IMG/VR virus record: IMGVR_UViG_2588253904_000003
Coordinates: 12,061 to 76,060 of that record
Reading direction: 5' to 3' (one strand)
DNA from: a virus
Lineage: Duplodnaviria; Caudoviricetes
Length of the DNA stretch: 64,000 nucleotides
Shown: one piece after another, positions 1 to 11,399 of the stretch
Layout: each line of letters opens with the position of its first letter
Position numbering within the stretch: position 1 is the stretch's first letter
The notes under the pieces: generated by a model
What the model saw: the letters and a program-made list of their open reading frames with translations, nothing else
Told to the model about the DNA's origin: nothing
The model's database searches: none
Program-made: the position numbers and the translations under genes

Positions 1-11
1 AAAAAGCATGG

Positions 12-194
12 TTGGAATTCTATTCAGGTGATCAATTTCTTGGCAGCACAGATCCTATAGATATTAATAGTGGTTCAAAACCATTTACTATTGATATTAA
101 AGGTGTTAAAGAACTGACAATTGTAAGAAATGGAACTGAGTCTGACTATGGATACTTCACCATCATTTATGATTATTTGAATTTAGTTAAATAA
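12..194 (+). CDS. C-terminal part of NPCBM/NEW2-like beta-sandwich protein (gene probably begins before the window)
   Basis: 'PFTIDIKGVKELTIV' resembles the NPCBM/NEW2 C-terminus; at the window edge. Confidence 0.45.
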   Translation: MEFYSGDQFLGSTDPIDINSGSKPFTIDIKGVKELTIVRNGTESDYGYFTIIYDYLNLVK

Positions 195-291
195 TGTTTA
201 AAAACAGTACTCATTTCCATCTGAACTAGATAAATAAGTATTTCCATAAATCAAATGTCTCCAATATATTCATTGCCTTTCTTCACAAGCT

Positions 292-3200
292 ATGAAATGT
301 AATCCTCCACAGATTACAAACATTAATCATATGATATTCAAAACATTTGACAGCAAAAAAAAAACTCCTGAATCAACAAATGATTTTTCAATTCCTGAAA
401 TAGATGCCAGTGATATTTTAAGTGAAATACCTACACCCCAAAAAATACTTACTCAAATTGGCAAAAAAATACTCCAAGCAGTTGGAGCTGTAGTTAACAT
501 GTTTGTTACATGGGCACTTAACAAAGTGATTGATAAAGCTATTGCCGCCCTTGATAACTACATACACAGGCTTGATAAAGCAAAAGAAGCTTTATCCAAT
601 ACTCAATCTGAAATATCATCTATTGAAACAGAAATTAAGAGCTTAAATGATAAAATAAAAGAATTGGAAAATCGTGATCCAGCTTCCCTATCGATTATTA
701 ACAAAGAAGACTTACAAAACCTCAAAGCACAAAACGAAGAACTAAAAATACGCCAACAATATCTAAATCAGGAAAAAAACGATGATCAACAGAAAGTTGC
801 CAATTTGACCAAAGAAAAATACAACCAGCAATATGGCACTTCAAATCAGGAATTAATTGAACAGTATAAATCTCTCTACGAAAATCAACCAGGTCCAAGT
901 AAACCCGTTTCCTCTTACTTAACAGGTGAAAACACCACTCAGACTATATCATATGCTGCTTCCAGCCAGGATACCGGATTAATCCGTGGTTCAGGGGTGT
1001 TAGCTGACCTTATAGCACAATACGAATACTATTCGGATTTAAAAAAAGAGGCCATTGGAAATGATGACTCTGAATCTATTGAAAAATATAATAATAAACT
1101 GAAAGAATTGTCACAAAAGCTTCAAGAAGATAGAAAGAATCTTCAAGAATTTGCTGACGATTTATTAGCCGCGGGAGACGCAAGTCCTGAATTAGACAAT
1201 ATTACTTTACAACTTGAAACAATTGACAATCTTCTATTAGCACCAAAGCAGAACCTTATTGAATTTATTAATAACGATTCTTTATCAGAATCAAAGCAGC
1301 ACTTAATTGATCTTATAAATACTGGCAGCTTAACCCAAAATGAACTATTAACACATTTCCCAGAAATTAATAACTATTTAAAAGAAAATGGACTTACCTT
1401 AGAAGACTTAATTTTAACTGTTAAATTATACAAAGAAGAACTATCTGACAATTCAAATGCAAATTTCCCACTCTCTTCTTCAAAAACAATAAGCAATCTT
1501 AATGCGCAAATTAAGCCTGCATTCGACAGCCTGAAATCAACATGGCAAAACCTCTTTACGGACAATGAACTTAATATAAATAGTGTAGACATCCTATCTA
1601 CCTGCGATTCAATCAAAGCAAAACTTGATGATATGTCAGAAATGGGCTTACAAGTCGATTATTCTGCATATGAGCATTTTATTGATATACTAAATGATTC
1701 AGATTCAGAAGCTGCTGATGTCCAAGACAGTTTCAATCAGCTTGCTATTTCTATCCTGCAAGCCGGAGTATCTGGAACGGAAGATTTTGAAACTTTAAAA
1801 TCTGCCTTAGAAGATCTTGGTGTAGTAAATGAAGAACTGGTAGCTTTTGACGCTTTAATAAGTAATACAGAGATATTAAAAAAGTCAGGATTAGATTTAA
1901 ATTCTGCTACAGAAGAACAGATTGCCTCTTTTGCAAATGAAATGGTATCTGCCGAAAATGTTGCACAAGCTATTTTAATGCTGACCTTCCAAAAGGAATT
2001 ATGCAATCTACAAGGCATGAATACTTCTGGTGAAGTTGCCAACCTGCTTACGCTTGCTGAAAATGCAGCCTATACAGGTGAAATCATTAAAAACTTAACA
2101 GAATTAGAGGGAGTCTATCAGGAAATTGCTAGCGGTACTTTAACTCCCGGCCAACTAGATGCCAAACTGGCAAGAGCTGCAGAACTGGAAAATGCAATAA
2201 AAGAATCAGCAGGTAATATTAAATATGAGCCGCAAATTAATTTTAACAGTATGGGCGGTGCTGCCTCCCATGCAGCAGGTGCCGGAAAATCCGCCGCCGC
2301 AAGCTACATAGAAGCCTTCGAGGAAGAGTTATCTGACTTATCCCAGCTTCGCGACAATGGAGTTATTACTGAAAAGGAATACCTGGACAGTCTCTGCGCG
2401 CTTTATGAGAGATATTTTGCAAACAAGCTGGGGTATGAGAAGGAATATGCCAAATACCAACGGCAATACCTGGAAGGCTATAAATCGCTTTACGAATCCG
2501 CCCTCAGCGGCATTTCCACGCTGCTGGGTAATCAGATTGACGGTTACAAGGATGCCAAAGATGCCGCTGTCTCCTCTCTCACTCAGGAAAAGGATGCCCG
2601 TCTTGAAGTAATTGACGCCCAGAAGGAACAGCTAGAGGCACAAAAAGATCTGATTGACGAGCAGATCGAAGCAAAACAAAAGCTCATAGATGATATTCAA
2701 AATGAAATTGATGCTATGAAAGAAGCCAATTCTGAACGCCAGCGTCAGTTGGATTTGCAAAAAGCACAGTACGAGCTGGAACGGATGCAGCACCAGCGCA
2801 CAATCCTTCAATACAGTGAAGAAAATGGAATGCAGTATGTGCAAAGTGATGAAGGACTGCGGACAGCAAAAGAAAACGTTGACAATGCAAAATTTGAAAT
2901 TGAAATTTCCAATAAGGAAAAAAATATCTCCCTGCTGGAAGATGAAATCAGTCTGTTAGAAGAGCAAAAGGATGCCATTCAAAATCAAATGGACCTTCTC
3001 GACAAGCAGGCGGATCAGATTGAAAGCTACTATTCAAAAATGATTTCTGAAACAGAAGCTTACTATGATTCTCTAATCAATAACATGGAACGCCAGAAAT
3101 CAAAATGGGAAGAAATAGCTGAAATTGAAAACATTGCAAGAGCATATTCCGACTTAGAACAGGTTGCAGGCGGCATGGGCTACAGCGTCCAGGATATCTT

Positions 3201-4441
3201 AAGCGGCAATGAACAGGCTTTTGAAGATTTTAAGTCCAGGTACATTGCTCTGCTAAGCGACCTAAACAATAATTCCAGTTTTTCAGAAGGATTATCTTAT
3301 GCCACATCAGGTATTGCCCAAGACATTGACAACCTGGAAGCTTCTGCTGCCACCGTCAGCGAAAGCACAGGCAAAATAGCCGCCAACATCGGGGAAGTTA
3401 ACACCAGCGCAGAAACCCTAAGCGGCAGTCTGTCCAATATTGGCGACGCCCTCTCCGGCTTTTCTGAGACGGACAATATCACTGCCGCCGCAGACGCCTT
3501 TTCTAAATTGGGGCAGGCAATCCAATCTGTAGCAGATGCACTGAACATAAGCGAAGACGGTACCATAGGCAGTCTCACAGGCGCACTTAAGTCTTTATGC
3601 GAAATACCCCTTTGCCAAACGGATGATGATAAAAATGGCGGTATTCTGTCTAAATTTCAGGCATTAAAGACTGCTGTCACTGACGTAACAAGCGCCATTT
3701 CCGGCGGTGGTTCCTCCGCCTCAGACAGTGGTGACGGGGGAAATTCCTCAAGTCCAGGTACAAGCTCCGGTGCAGCCGGAAACAGTTCTGGCGGACTGGC
3801 AGGCGCCATTGCCTCCCTGAAATCCGCCGCCACTGATGCATTAGGCGGCAATGGAAATGATGAATCAGAAGGACAAAGCGAAGGCTCCGGCATTATCGCC
3901 CAGTTTGGCCAGCTTAAAAATGCAGTAACCGATACCACGGAAGCCATCGGCAGCGGCGACTCAAAACAGAAGAAAAAATCTAAAGGAAACTCAAAAAATG
4001 GAAATCTGATCAGTTCCATCACAAGTCTTGGAAGCACCACCTCAGAAATTCTTACCGGCGACGGTAATGATGAAGATAAATCAGGCGGCGTAATTGGGCG
4101 GTTTGAACAGTTTAAGGATGTCATCGGTGAAGCCAATGAACATGTAACAGGAATTGCCACAGGGTTACACGATATTGATGGCGAAACTGTAGAATGCACC
4201 ATCAAAGTAAATGTTGAACAAAATGGAGAGCTGCCTGCCTATTCCAAAGGCGTCCTGGCTCCCATGAAGTTGGAAAGCGGTGAATATAAGGCAAAATATG
4301 GACGTGCATTTGCAAAGGGATCCGGAAATTACAAAGGACTTCCCAAATCAGAGAAAAATGCGCTTCGCTCTGAATATGGCCAGCCAGAATTAACCGTATA
4401 TCCTGACGGAACTACAGAACTCACCACACAACCTACCATCA
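292..4441 (+). pseudogene. Tape-measure-like protein of outer element, 5' part (interrupted by prophage)
   Basis: 1383 codons of coiled-coil/helical sequence ending ...SEYGQPELTVYPDGTTELTTQPTI. The ORF-track extension to 4593 is read-through into phage DNA. Confidence 0.8.
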
Positions 4442-4467
4442 CCCCTCAGAATGAAAAAGAGAAAACA

Positions 4468-4492
4468 GAGGAGAGCCGGGCAGGCCCTCCTC
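4468..4492 (-). terminator. Rho-independent terminator ending the phage late operon
   Basis: gaggag..ctcctc stem followed on - strand by a T-rich tract, directly after the last lysis gene. Confidence 0.5.
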
Positions 4493-4499
4493 TTTCCCT

Positions 4500-4748
4500 T
4501 TACATTGACAGCCGGATCTTTTTGGCCGCCGCCTGCTCAATGAGCTGCTTTGCCTCTTCCCTGCTGCCACGCTCAGCAGATACCATGATATAACCGGGCA
4601 TATCTTTGGCCGGTTCCACCTTAAAATCCTTCATTTCTGCCGCTTCCAGGCGCTCCTTCAGCTTTTTTGCATAATCTCCACATGCTGCCGGAAACGTGCC
4701 CGCAATCACCCGGATCGGGGCCTCCTTCGTGCTTTTTGTTTCTGCCAT
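4500..4748 (-). CDS. Small SPOR-like protein
   Basis: 'RVIAGTF...AKKLKERL' pattern; follows the endolysin. Confidence 0.5.
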   Translation of the reverse strand: MAETKSTKEAPIRVIAGTFPAACGDYAKKLKERLEAAEMKDFKVEPAKDMPGYIMVSAERGSREEAKQLIEQAAAKKIRLSM

Positions 4749-4761
4749 TGTGTTTCCCTCC

Positions 4762-6402
4762 TTATGATTTCTTTAAATATTCACTACTGGAAAAGCCCTC
4801 TTTGCCATTGTAGGCAATATAAAGCCATTTCACACCTTCCACCATGGTATAGTAACCATAATTCCGCACCGTTGCCCCTTTGGGGATCTCCGTGATAATA
4901 TTCTCACTCTTCAGCACTCCCGGATGGGTTCTCATGTTCAAGTTGGTTGTGGTCTTATAGGCTCCGGCAATTCCCTTGGCAAAACTCTTTGCCCCCACCG
5001 GCTTCAGGGAAGCATTGCCCGCCGTGGCTCCGTTGGCCACATAGGTATAATATTGGCCGCCTGCATTGCTTGTGTAGGCATACCCACATGAAGCGCCCGG
5101 CCATACAATTTTATACCAACCATTGGCCAGGATCTCCAATACCTCCACAGAGGCTCCTTTGGTCACTCCTCCAATGGATCCGGATGCGGTACTGCTGCCG
5201 GTTCTCACATTCATATTGCTTTTGGCCGTTGCGCTGCCTATTCCCTTGCCTACATAGTTTTTATTGCCTGAGGCCGTTGCTGTGCTCTGAGAAGCTCCTG
5301 AGGCCGTTCCTGAGGCCTTTGAGCCCTTACTCAATGCCATAACTACATGAGAGCTTTCCTTCAGGTAAATGCCGCCCCTCTTTGCGTATGCACTGGATCC
5401 AGTGTGGGCAGCATCCGTGTATGCTTTAAATTTTCCGGTTGCCAGGAGAATGCTTTTCATATTGCCGGTGTAGCCACTGGCGGCAATGCTCAGGCCCGCC
5501 AATATGTAACATGCAAGCACCAGGGAGCTGCAATCAAAATCTCCCTTGGCTCCGGCCACCTTCCGGCCATTGTTCACAATCGCATTAAAGCCCTTCCATC
5601 TGTTAGGCTGAGAATAGCCAAAATTATCATTTTTGCATATCTCCTCCATAATTGCGGCGGCCTTGTCTGCCAGGGTATCATCCAGGCATTCCAGGTAAAC
5701 ATTCCACGGCTTACTGTACCATTCCCGGATGCAGATCTCTTTTGTGGTCTGATCCCCCGGTGTTTTCCCCTGAATTGTTCCGTTTTCGTCAATACTTGCA
5801 TGGCCAATCAATACAGCCATCTGATCACTCCTTTCCTCATAGCCCTTTACTGCTGCATATACCGCATCCCTCCGGGCCATATACTTACAGAAAACTTTGT
5901 CACTTTTCGCTGAAGCATAAAGCGCATCCAACGTCTTTCCACCGGCCGCCCTGATAATCCGGGCAGAGGCTCCGGCCCCGCCCTGGTTCTCAATATCGGC
6001 CATGAAAATAATAGCTGCCGGATCTGTTACTCCCAAATTTTTAATATGGGTACAGTATCCGGTAATATCTTTCAGGGCAAGCGCATCCTGGGCCCGCTTC
6101 CCTTCCGTTGTGCTGAGGGCAGCAGATAACCGGCCCGCCTCTTCCGTTGTGGCCTTCCTGCTGCCCCATGAGGTGCCCTTTGCTGTAATTTCCGTATAAA
6201 GGGCCGCCCCCAATATTTCCTTGCCCTTTTGGGCTCCCAGGGCCTCACAAATCTCTTTCATAAGGCCCAGGGCCCTGCCGCCATGCCACTGGACTCTCCC
6301 AACCGATAAAGCCCCGTTATCGTTCTTATTTACCGATCCATAACCCCCTTCATGGGAAAAAATGATCGGAGCCGCCCTCTCAGCAATTTCCTTCAGATTC
6401 AT
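4762..6402 (-). CDS. Modular endolysin: lysozyme-like domain + NlpC/P60-like domain + two SH3b domains
   Basis: HEGGY..N..D.GA N-terminus; FDCSSLV...HV catalytic motif; two 'NVR/NMR...W' SH3b repeats; next to holin. Confidence 0.85.
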   Translation of the reverse strand: MNLKEIAERAAPIIFSHEGGYGSVNKNDNGALSVGRVQWHGGRALGLMKEICEALGAQKGKEILGAALYTEITAKGTSWGSRKATTEEAGRLSAALSTTEGKRAQDALALKDITGYCTHIKNLGVTDPAAIIFMADIENQGGAGASARIIRAAGGKTLDALYASAKSDKVFCKYMARRDAVYAAVKGYEERSDQMAVLIGHASIDENGTIQGKTPGDQTTKEICIREWYSKPWNVYLECLDDTLADKAAAIMEEICKNDNFGYSQPNRWKGFNAIVNNGRKVAGAKGDFDCSSLVLACYILAGLSIAASGYTGNMKSILLATGKFKAYTDAAHTGSSAYAKRGGIYLKESSHVVMALSKGSKASGTASGASQSTATASGNKNYVGKGIGSATAKSNMNVRTGSSTASGSIGGVTKGASVEVLEILANGWYKIVWPGASCGYAYTSNAGGQYYTYVANGATAGNASLKPVGAKSFAKGIAGAYKTTTNLNMRTHPGVLKSENIITEIPKGATVRNYGYYTMVEGVKWLYIAYNGKEGFSSSEYLKKS

Positions 6403-6691
6403 CCTCTTCCTCCTTTCCCGTTTTGCACAAATCCGGGTATTTCTCCGCTATCTTCCCATATACCCACACCCCGATCAGCACCAGGGGGAGAAACGGCCAC
6501 AGCACCGCCGCCAATAAGGAAATAGCGAAAAAGGAGCAGATGGCGATCAAGCCTTCTCCTGCTCCTTCCGGGTATTCCATGTATTTCTCTTCCTCACTCA
6601 ACTCATTCCATGAGCTGCAAAACAGATATAATAAGGCCATGGCCAATATTACAGCCACAGCCACATAAACAATAAGCAGCGCCTTCCACAC
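6380..6691 (-). CDS. Two-TM membrane protein in lysis cassette
   Basis: Two hydrophobic segments. Confidence 0.6.
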   Translation of the reverse strand: MWKALLIVYVAVAVILAMALLYLFCSSWNELSEEEKYMEYPEGAGEGLIAICSFFAISLLAAVLWPFLPLVLIGVWVYGKIAEKYPDLCKTGKEEEDESEGNC

Positions 6692-6693
6692 TT

Positions 6694-7011
6694 TTATGCC
6701 CCCTTACTGTTATTCATAGCAAACACAGCCGCCTCTATCAGGGTTTCAAGCTGAGCATCCGAAATAGAAATATTTTTGGCTGCAAGAATCTCTTTCAAAA
6801 ACTCCGTAACAATGGCCTTTTTCTCAGCGCCGGATCCTGCCTCCTTATTCATCTGCTCTGCCGCCTCCACGGCCTTGGCCACCCACTTCATAACTCCGGT
6901 GAGCTTCATTTCCTCTGCCCACGTTTTGAGCAGCGGGATCCCGTACCTCATAATGAGCGTTACTGCAATAATCACCACAAGCTCAATAACCTTTAATAAA
7001 ATATTATCCAT
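6694..7011 (-). CDS. Phage holin, LL-H-like
   Basis: N-terminal TM, 'AVEAAEQ...GAEKK...IEAAV' signature. Confidence 0.85.
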   Translation of the reverse strand: MDNILLKVIELVVIIAVTLIMRYGIPLLKTWAEEMKLTGVMKWVAKAVEAAEQMNKEAGSGAEKKAIVTEFLKEILAAKNISISDAQLETLIEAAVFAMNNSKGA

Positions 7012-7025
7012 AGAAATATGCCTCC

Positions 7026-7448
7026 TTATCCTTTTGCCGCCTCAGAGGGCCCTTCCTGGCTCTCTGAGCATGTTTCAGGGCCTCTCATTGCCATATCATG
7101 CACAATGCCGCCCTCCGTGTTTTCTTTGGTTGCTTTTGCCGCATAGGCACAGTATGAGATCGCTTCTCCTACCGTGGCCCCGATCAGGCTGTACAGCGCT
7201 GAGAGATCCGCAAAGTGCCACATTGCGGCCATAGAGTAAAGCTGCACCGCCGTACATGATAGGAAGATATAAGCCAGGGCCACCTTGGAAGCGTTTGGCG
7301 GCTTCTTTTTCGGCCAGTATTCCTCCCGCTTCTGTTTCAGCTCTTCCTCCAATAGCTTCCGCTCTCCCTGGATCTCAATCCTCCTCAGCTTCCGCTCATG
7401 CTCCCTGAGCTCTTCCCTGCTTAGCCTCACCCGGCTCACCTCCCACAT
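7026..7448 (-). CDS. Phage membrane protein
   Basis: Two TM segments, lysis region; start uncertain. Confidence 0.6.
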   Translation of the reverse strand: MWEVSRVRLSREELREHERKLRRIEIQGERKLLEEELKQKREEYWPKKKPPNASKVALAYIFLSCTAVQLYSMAAMWHFADLSALYSLIGATVGEAISYCAYAAKATKENTEGGIVHDMAMRGPETCSESQEGPSEAAKG

Positions 7449-7884
7449 AAAAATCCTTTTCTTCCTGGCACTTATGGTAAATCTTCAGAATATACTCATA
7501 TTCTGCTTCATATACACCGTTGGGATCATTCGTCACCTTCAGCAGCTCCTCATATTTCTCATTCTGCTGTATGATATAATTAAATTCACCCTCAGAGTGC
7601 CTCTGCCCTCTTTGGCATTCGTTGTAAAAATTGAAAATCTCTGCTTTGATATTGTCGGCGGCATCTATCGCCCTTTGTATTGCAAGTTCTTCCTGCCTTT
7701 TGGCAATTTCCTCCTGCTCCTTCCTCAGTTCCTTCATTTCTTCCTTCACACTGGCCATCATTTTGTTGCCGATCCACCCAAAAAGGCTGCTCCATGGATT
7801 GATCTTGATCTTGGATACCTCTATGAAGGTGCCCAGGAAGAGAGCCCCGCCTGAAATAGCCGCCACTATTTCTCCTATGCTCAC
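7396..7884 (-). CDS. Phage membrane-anchored coiled-coil protein (lysis-associated)
   Basis: N-terminal TM, 'KINPWS' motif, coiled coil. Confidence 0.65.
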   Translation of the reverse strand: MSIGEIVAAISGGALFLGTFIEVSKIKINPWSSLFGWIGNKMMASVKEEMKELRKEQEEIAKRQEELAIQRAIDAADNIKAEIFNFYNECQRGQRHSEGEFNYIIQQNEKYEELLKVTNDPNGVYEAEYEYILKIYHKCQEEKDFYVGGEPGEAKQGRAQGA

Positions 7885-8096
7885 TCCTGCTCCTCTCCTT
7901 CCTCTTCATTTTCCGGCCCCTGCACTTTGCAGAAAACGCACCGGGAGCATGGCTCTTGGCTGTATGGCATGTAATAACTTTTACATTCCCCACAATTTCC
8001 ATATTCTTTGCACTCCCGGCTGCACTCTTCCAGTGTCCTCCTGCAATATCCCAGGGCCCTATGAGAGCACCTGAAATTATTCCGCTTCGGCTTCAT
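7881..8096 (-). CDS. Cys-rich small phage protein
   Basis: Multiple CxxC pairs; overlaps its neighbours. Confidence 0.55.
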   Translation of the reverse strand: MKPKRNNFRCSHRALGYCRRTLEECSRECKEYGNCGECKSYYMPYSQEPCSRCVFCKVQGPENEEEGEEQE

Positions 8097-8289
8097 CCAT
8101 TTCCTTCAGCATGGCATTGAGCTCATTTTTCCTGGCGGCCATTCTGTCAGATTCAGCGATCTCCTCAGCGTATTCCTCCACCGTGGCCCGCCCCATTGCG
8201 ATCTTGGTGCCTATGTAGTCCTTTTCTCTCATAAGCTGATCCAATCCTCTGATCTCTGCCTCAATCTGTTCTCTTGTCATTGCTTCCAT
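8077..8289 (-). CDS. Small helical phage protein (possible tail-fibre chaperone)
   Basis: Good RBS; 'DY...KIA' motif; downstream of DGR. Confidence 0.55.
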   Translation of the reverse strand: MEAMTREQIEAEIRGLDQLMREKDYIGTKIAMGRATVEEYAEEIAESDRMAARKNELNAMLKEMDEAEAE

Positions 8290-8304
8290 GTTTTTTCTCC
8301 TTCC

Positions 8305-9519
8305 TTATACTGTTTTAGGGATATATGGGATGTACTCCCAATTTTCTATAAATAGCCGGTTGAAAAGGGCATCCATATTCCTGATAGTGTGGTATGCGTC
8401 CTTTTTCCCGGCAAATCCCCGCCATGATTGATATGCCGCCCTGATCTGCTCATAGCTCATGTGGCCCTCAGCATTCAGCTTGGCAAATTTCTTCAGCTTC
8501 CTTCTTTCCCTTGTTACAGAATCCCGGCATATTCTTTTCACTACCTTCCCGGTATCCGTGAGCAGGAAATGTGTTTTTAAGAATGTGAAGCCCCTGCTGA
8601 GCTTCACAATTTTGGTTTTCTTATCATTGAGCCGTATTCCCAATGATTCATATATTTTTCGCACCTCTTCCAGTATCTCCTTCAGGTATTCCTTATCAAT
8701 GTGAATGATATATGAATCATCCATATACCTGGCATATGGCCGGATCCCTTTTTCGTCCTTCACATAATGATCCACTTTATCAGGATAAGAAACGGCACAT
8801 ATTTGGCAGACTTCACTCCCTAATCCCAGGCCCCTGGCATACTCTTCACCGTACTCCATGGCCGCCTCTTTAAATTGTGCCATTTCCTTCATTTTCTCCT
8901 CAGCAAAGGCATCAATAAATTGCTCTGCAAGGTGAATGATCCTCTGATCCGTGAATTTGCTCCGGATCTGCTCCTTCATTTTGTCATGTGGGATACTTGC
9001 AAAATAATCTTTCAGATCTATTTGCAGGATATAGCCCTCATTTCCATATTTTGCATAATGCTCCTGCAAATGAAGCGTGATCCGGTCAATGGCATGGCTG
9101 ATTCCCATACCCTTCCTGGATGCTCCGTTGTCATATATCAGACTATTGGAGAGTACCGGCATGAGTGCATTTTGTGAGAGGCTCTTCTGAGGCACACGCT
9201 CAGAGAAATGCACACTCTGAATATGCCTCAGCTTTCCCCTCTCCACCAAATCAAAGGCAATGAATCCCTTTCGGACATCCTCACCATTGATCAGTGCATT
9301 ATGAGTTTTACAAAGGTTTCTGCTCAGCTCGGATCTGTACCGCTGCACACTGGCTTTTCACCCCACTCCCTTCCTGGCATCCTTGTATGCCTGGTAAAGT
9401 GAGTTATAATCTGCCACCCGTTCAAAATTATCATATTCGGATAGCCTCTCCCTCCGGTGTGCCTCCCTGGCCTCTCTCCTTCGCTGAGCTCTGCCCGCTC
9501 TTCTTTCTTCACTTGTCAT
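8305..9519 (-). pseudogene. DGR reverse transcriptase with an in-frame TGA at codon 54 (9358-9360)
   Basis: Motifs IDLKDYFASIPH, GLGLGSEVCQ, RYMDD. Frame reads from ATG 9519: MTSEERR...KGVG*KASVQRY. Confidence 0.88.
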
Positions 9520-9804
9520 ATAAAATTGTGCCCATCTCCTCCTTGTACGGTATTTGTGCCCCTAACCGCATAATGGTATGGGTATGAAATGCACCTCTGC
9601 ACCTTCTTTTCAGCTCCCTTCCGATTTCTGCACCATGCAAGCAGCGTACACCCACCCAAAACAAGCAAAAACCACCTCTCTGAGCACATGAGAGGCGGCA
9701 AGGTCATTTACACTTTTTTCAAAGTGACGGTCATCCACTCCTTCCTCTACCTGATACAGATTTCTGCCTTTTACAGCGTACTTTGTCGGATCGTTTATGG
9801 TAGT

Positions 9805-9928
9805 GAATCAGACGGGCACCCGGAGAGCGTTGGAGCAACTGTTGTTGTTGGCATTGCCATTGTTGTTGACATTGCAGGCATTGGTAGAATTGCCCGCACA
9901 CACAGACAGCAGCCACCAGTTGGCCCGG
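9805..9928 (-). ncRNA. DGR template repeat (TR)
   Basis: 124 bp with 12 AAY codons; differs from both VRs only at TR adenines; lies between avd and RT. Confidence 0.95.
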
Positions 9929-9960
9929 TGCGAAAAATACAGCGGATAACCGATATTTCA

Positions 9961-10368
9961 TTATTTTCTTTTAACTATTTTCGTGTTGTCCTTCCAATTC
10001 TTCATCTTTCCCTCTTCCTTCAGCATTAAATTCAGGAGCGGATCAAATCGGTTCCAATCCACCGGCAAAGTAGTGGCCAGGTAATTTATGAGATCATAAA
10101 TATCCCGCAAGGTGTCAATGGCCTCCTGGGCCTTTGCCTTCCTCTTCTCCACTAATTCCTCCGTGGTGCTCCATATTCTGTTAGCTGCCCGGATCTGAGT
10201 ATAGAGCTTGTGGCACAGCGCACACATTGGCTTTGCAAATATATCCCGCCACCCTTTAGGCACTATATTGGTATTCCATACCAACCTTGTGGCCTCTGCT
10301 CTTATTTCCTCCGCAAGATCCAACACATCCAATTTCGAGGCGCTCCTGAGCCTTGCCAATACACTCAT
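9961..10368 (-). CDS. avd: DGR accessory variability determinant (Avd-like)
   Basis: 135-aa helical protein between target gene and TR, the canonical position. Confidence 0.8.
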   Translation of the reverse strand: MSVLARLRSASKLDVLDLAEEIRAEATRLVWNTNIVPKGWRDIFAKPMCALCHKLYTQIRAANRIWSTTEELVEKRKAKAQEAIDTLRDIYDLINYLATTLPVDWNRFDPLLNLMLKEEGKMKNWKDNTKIVKRK

Positions 10369-10395
10369 GCTCTTTCCTCACTTTCGCAAATATAC

Positions 10396-10418
10396 CCCGC
10401 CCCTGGGAAGGGGGCGGG
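10396..10418 (-). promoter_or_regulatory. DGR hairpin downstream of VR1
   Basis: cccgcccc/ggggcggg 8-bp stem just after the target stop codon. Confidence 0.75.
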
Positions 10419-10430
10419 ATTGATCCATGA

Positions 10431-11390
10431 TTATTCCGTGATTCGGAAGCAGACGGGCACCCGGAGAGCGTAGGAGCAACTGTAGCTGTCGGCAATGCCA
10501 TTGCCGCTGACATAGCAGGCATAGGTAGAATAGCCCGCACACACAGACAGCAGCCACCAGTAGGCCCGGCTTCCTCCGTCACCGGCCCCCTTGATCCGAT
10601 TCTTCCAACTGTTCGCAAAAATCGGATACTGCACCGCCTGGCCTTCTCCCCATGGCTTTGTTGCCCAAATCAGTGAGCCAAACACTTCATATTCACACGG
10701 GATCCACAGTTTCCCTAAATCCTGCCACCCCCATGAGGTTGAATCATTCAGCTTTCCGGATGCGGAATATCTCTGCTCTAAAAGGAACCGCTTGGAGCTG
10801 ATAACTGCCCGCACCTCTGCCGGGAGCTTTGCCTCTAATCCGGCCAGGAAGCTCTTCACGGTTGACTTGTTATAGGGATAAGGATCCGCTGAGGTTCCGT
10901 TGTTATCGTTTGAAGTGAACCATTGCACAGTATCCGGGTAACAATCTTTTGAGATCCAATCAATATGCCACCCTACCTCCTGATCACAGCACCGTGTATA
11001 TGTATTTATACCGGCAATCTGCATTTTGATCAGATAATTCCCCATGTAAATGGGTATATAGTCCTCTACATGCAGGCCATCAATGTTATGGGCTGCAAGC
11101 CTGGTTTTAATCCACCGCCACGGATCAGAAAATCCGGCAATCTCCTCAGCAAATTCCACTGTAAGATCCCGTCCCTCATAGGTGCGATCTGCTGCCTCTA
11201 TGGCATAATTGGTATGCTTATTCTCAAAATTGATCTGCTCTGCACCGTATTCATCCCCTTCCTGGGTGTACGGTGTTACGTCATTATAGCTCTTGGTGCC
11301 ATCCTCGTTCTGCACCTCTCCAAACTTGCGATCTGCCGCAAGCTCTTTGTTGATCACGTCATCCACATAATCTGTTTTTAATACTGACAT
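10431..11390 (-). CDS. DGR target 1: receptor-binding/tail protein with C-terminal CLec-type (DUF6273-like) domain
   Basis: Last gene of tail module; 'LWIPCEYEVFG...WWLLS' motif; contains VR1. Confidence 0.9.
   Translation of the reverse strand: MSVLKTDYVDDVINKELAADRKFGEVQNEDGTKSYNDVTPYTQEGDEYGAEQINFENKHTNYAIEAADRTYEGRDLTVEFAEEIAGFSDPWRWIKTRLAAHNIDGLHVEDYIPIYMGNYLIKMQIAGINTYTRCCDQEVGWHIDWISKDCYPDTVQWFTSNDNNGTSADPYPYNKSTVKSFLAGLEAKLPAEVRAVISSKRFLLEQRYSASGKLNDSTSWGWQDLGKLWIPCEYEVFGSLIWATKPWGEGQAVQYPIFANSWKNRIKGAGDGGSRAYWWLLSVCAGYSTYACYVSGNGIADSYSCSYALRVPVCFRITE
10446..10569 (-). repeat. DGR variable repeat VR1
   Basis: 13 mismatches to TR over 124 bp, all at TR adenines. Confidence 0.95.
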
Positions 11391-11399
11391 AATGCCCTC

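Noticed and set aside
8305-9519. RT as a group II intron, retron or Abi RT
   Set aside because: The TR/VR adenine-specific pairs and adjacent avd identify a DGR; no maturase or endonuclease domain is seen.
9731-10618. ORFs 9731-9961 and 10256-10618 (and 34524-34769) with mutual similarity
   Set aside because: Alternate-frame translations of TR and the VRs, not separate genes.
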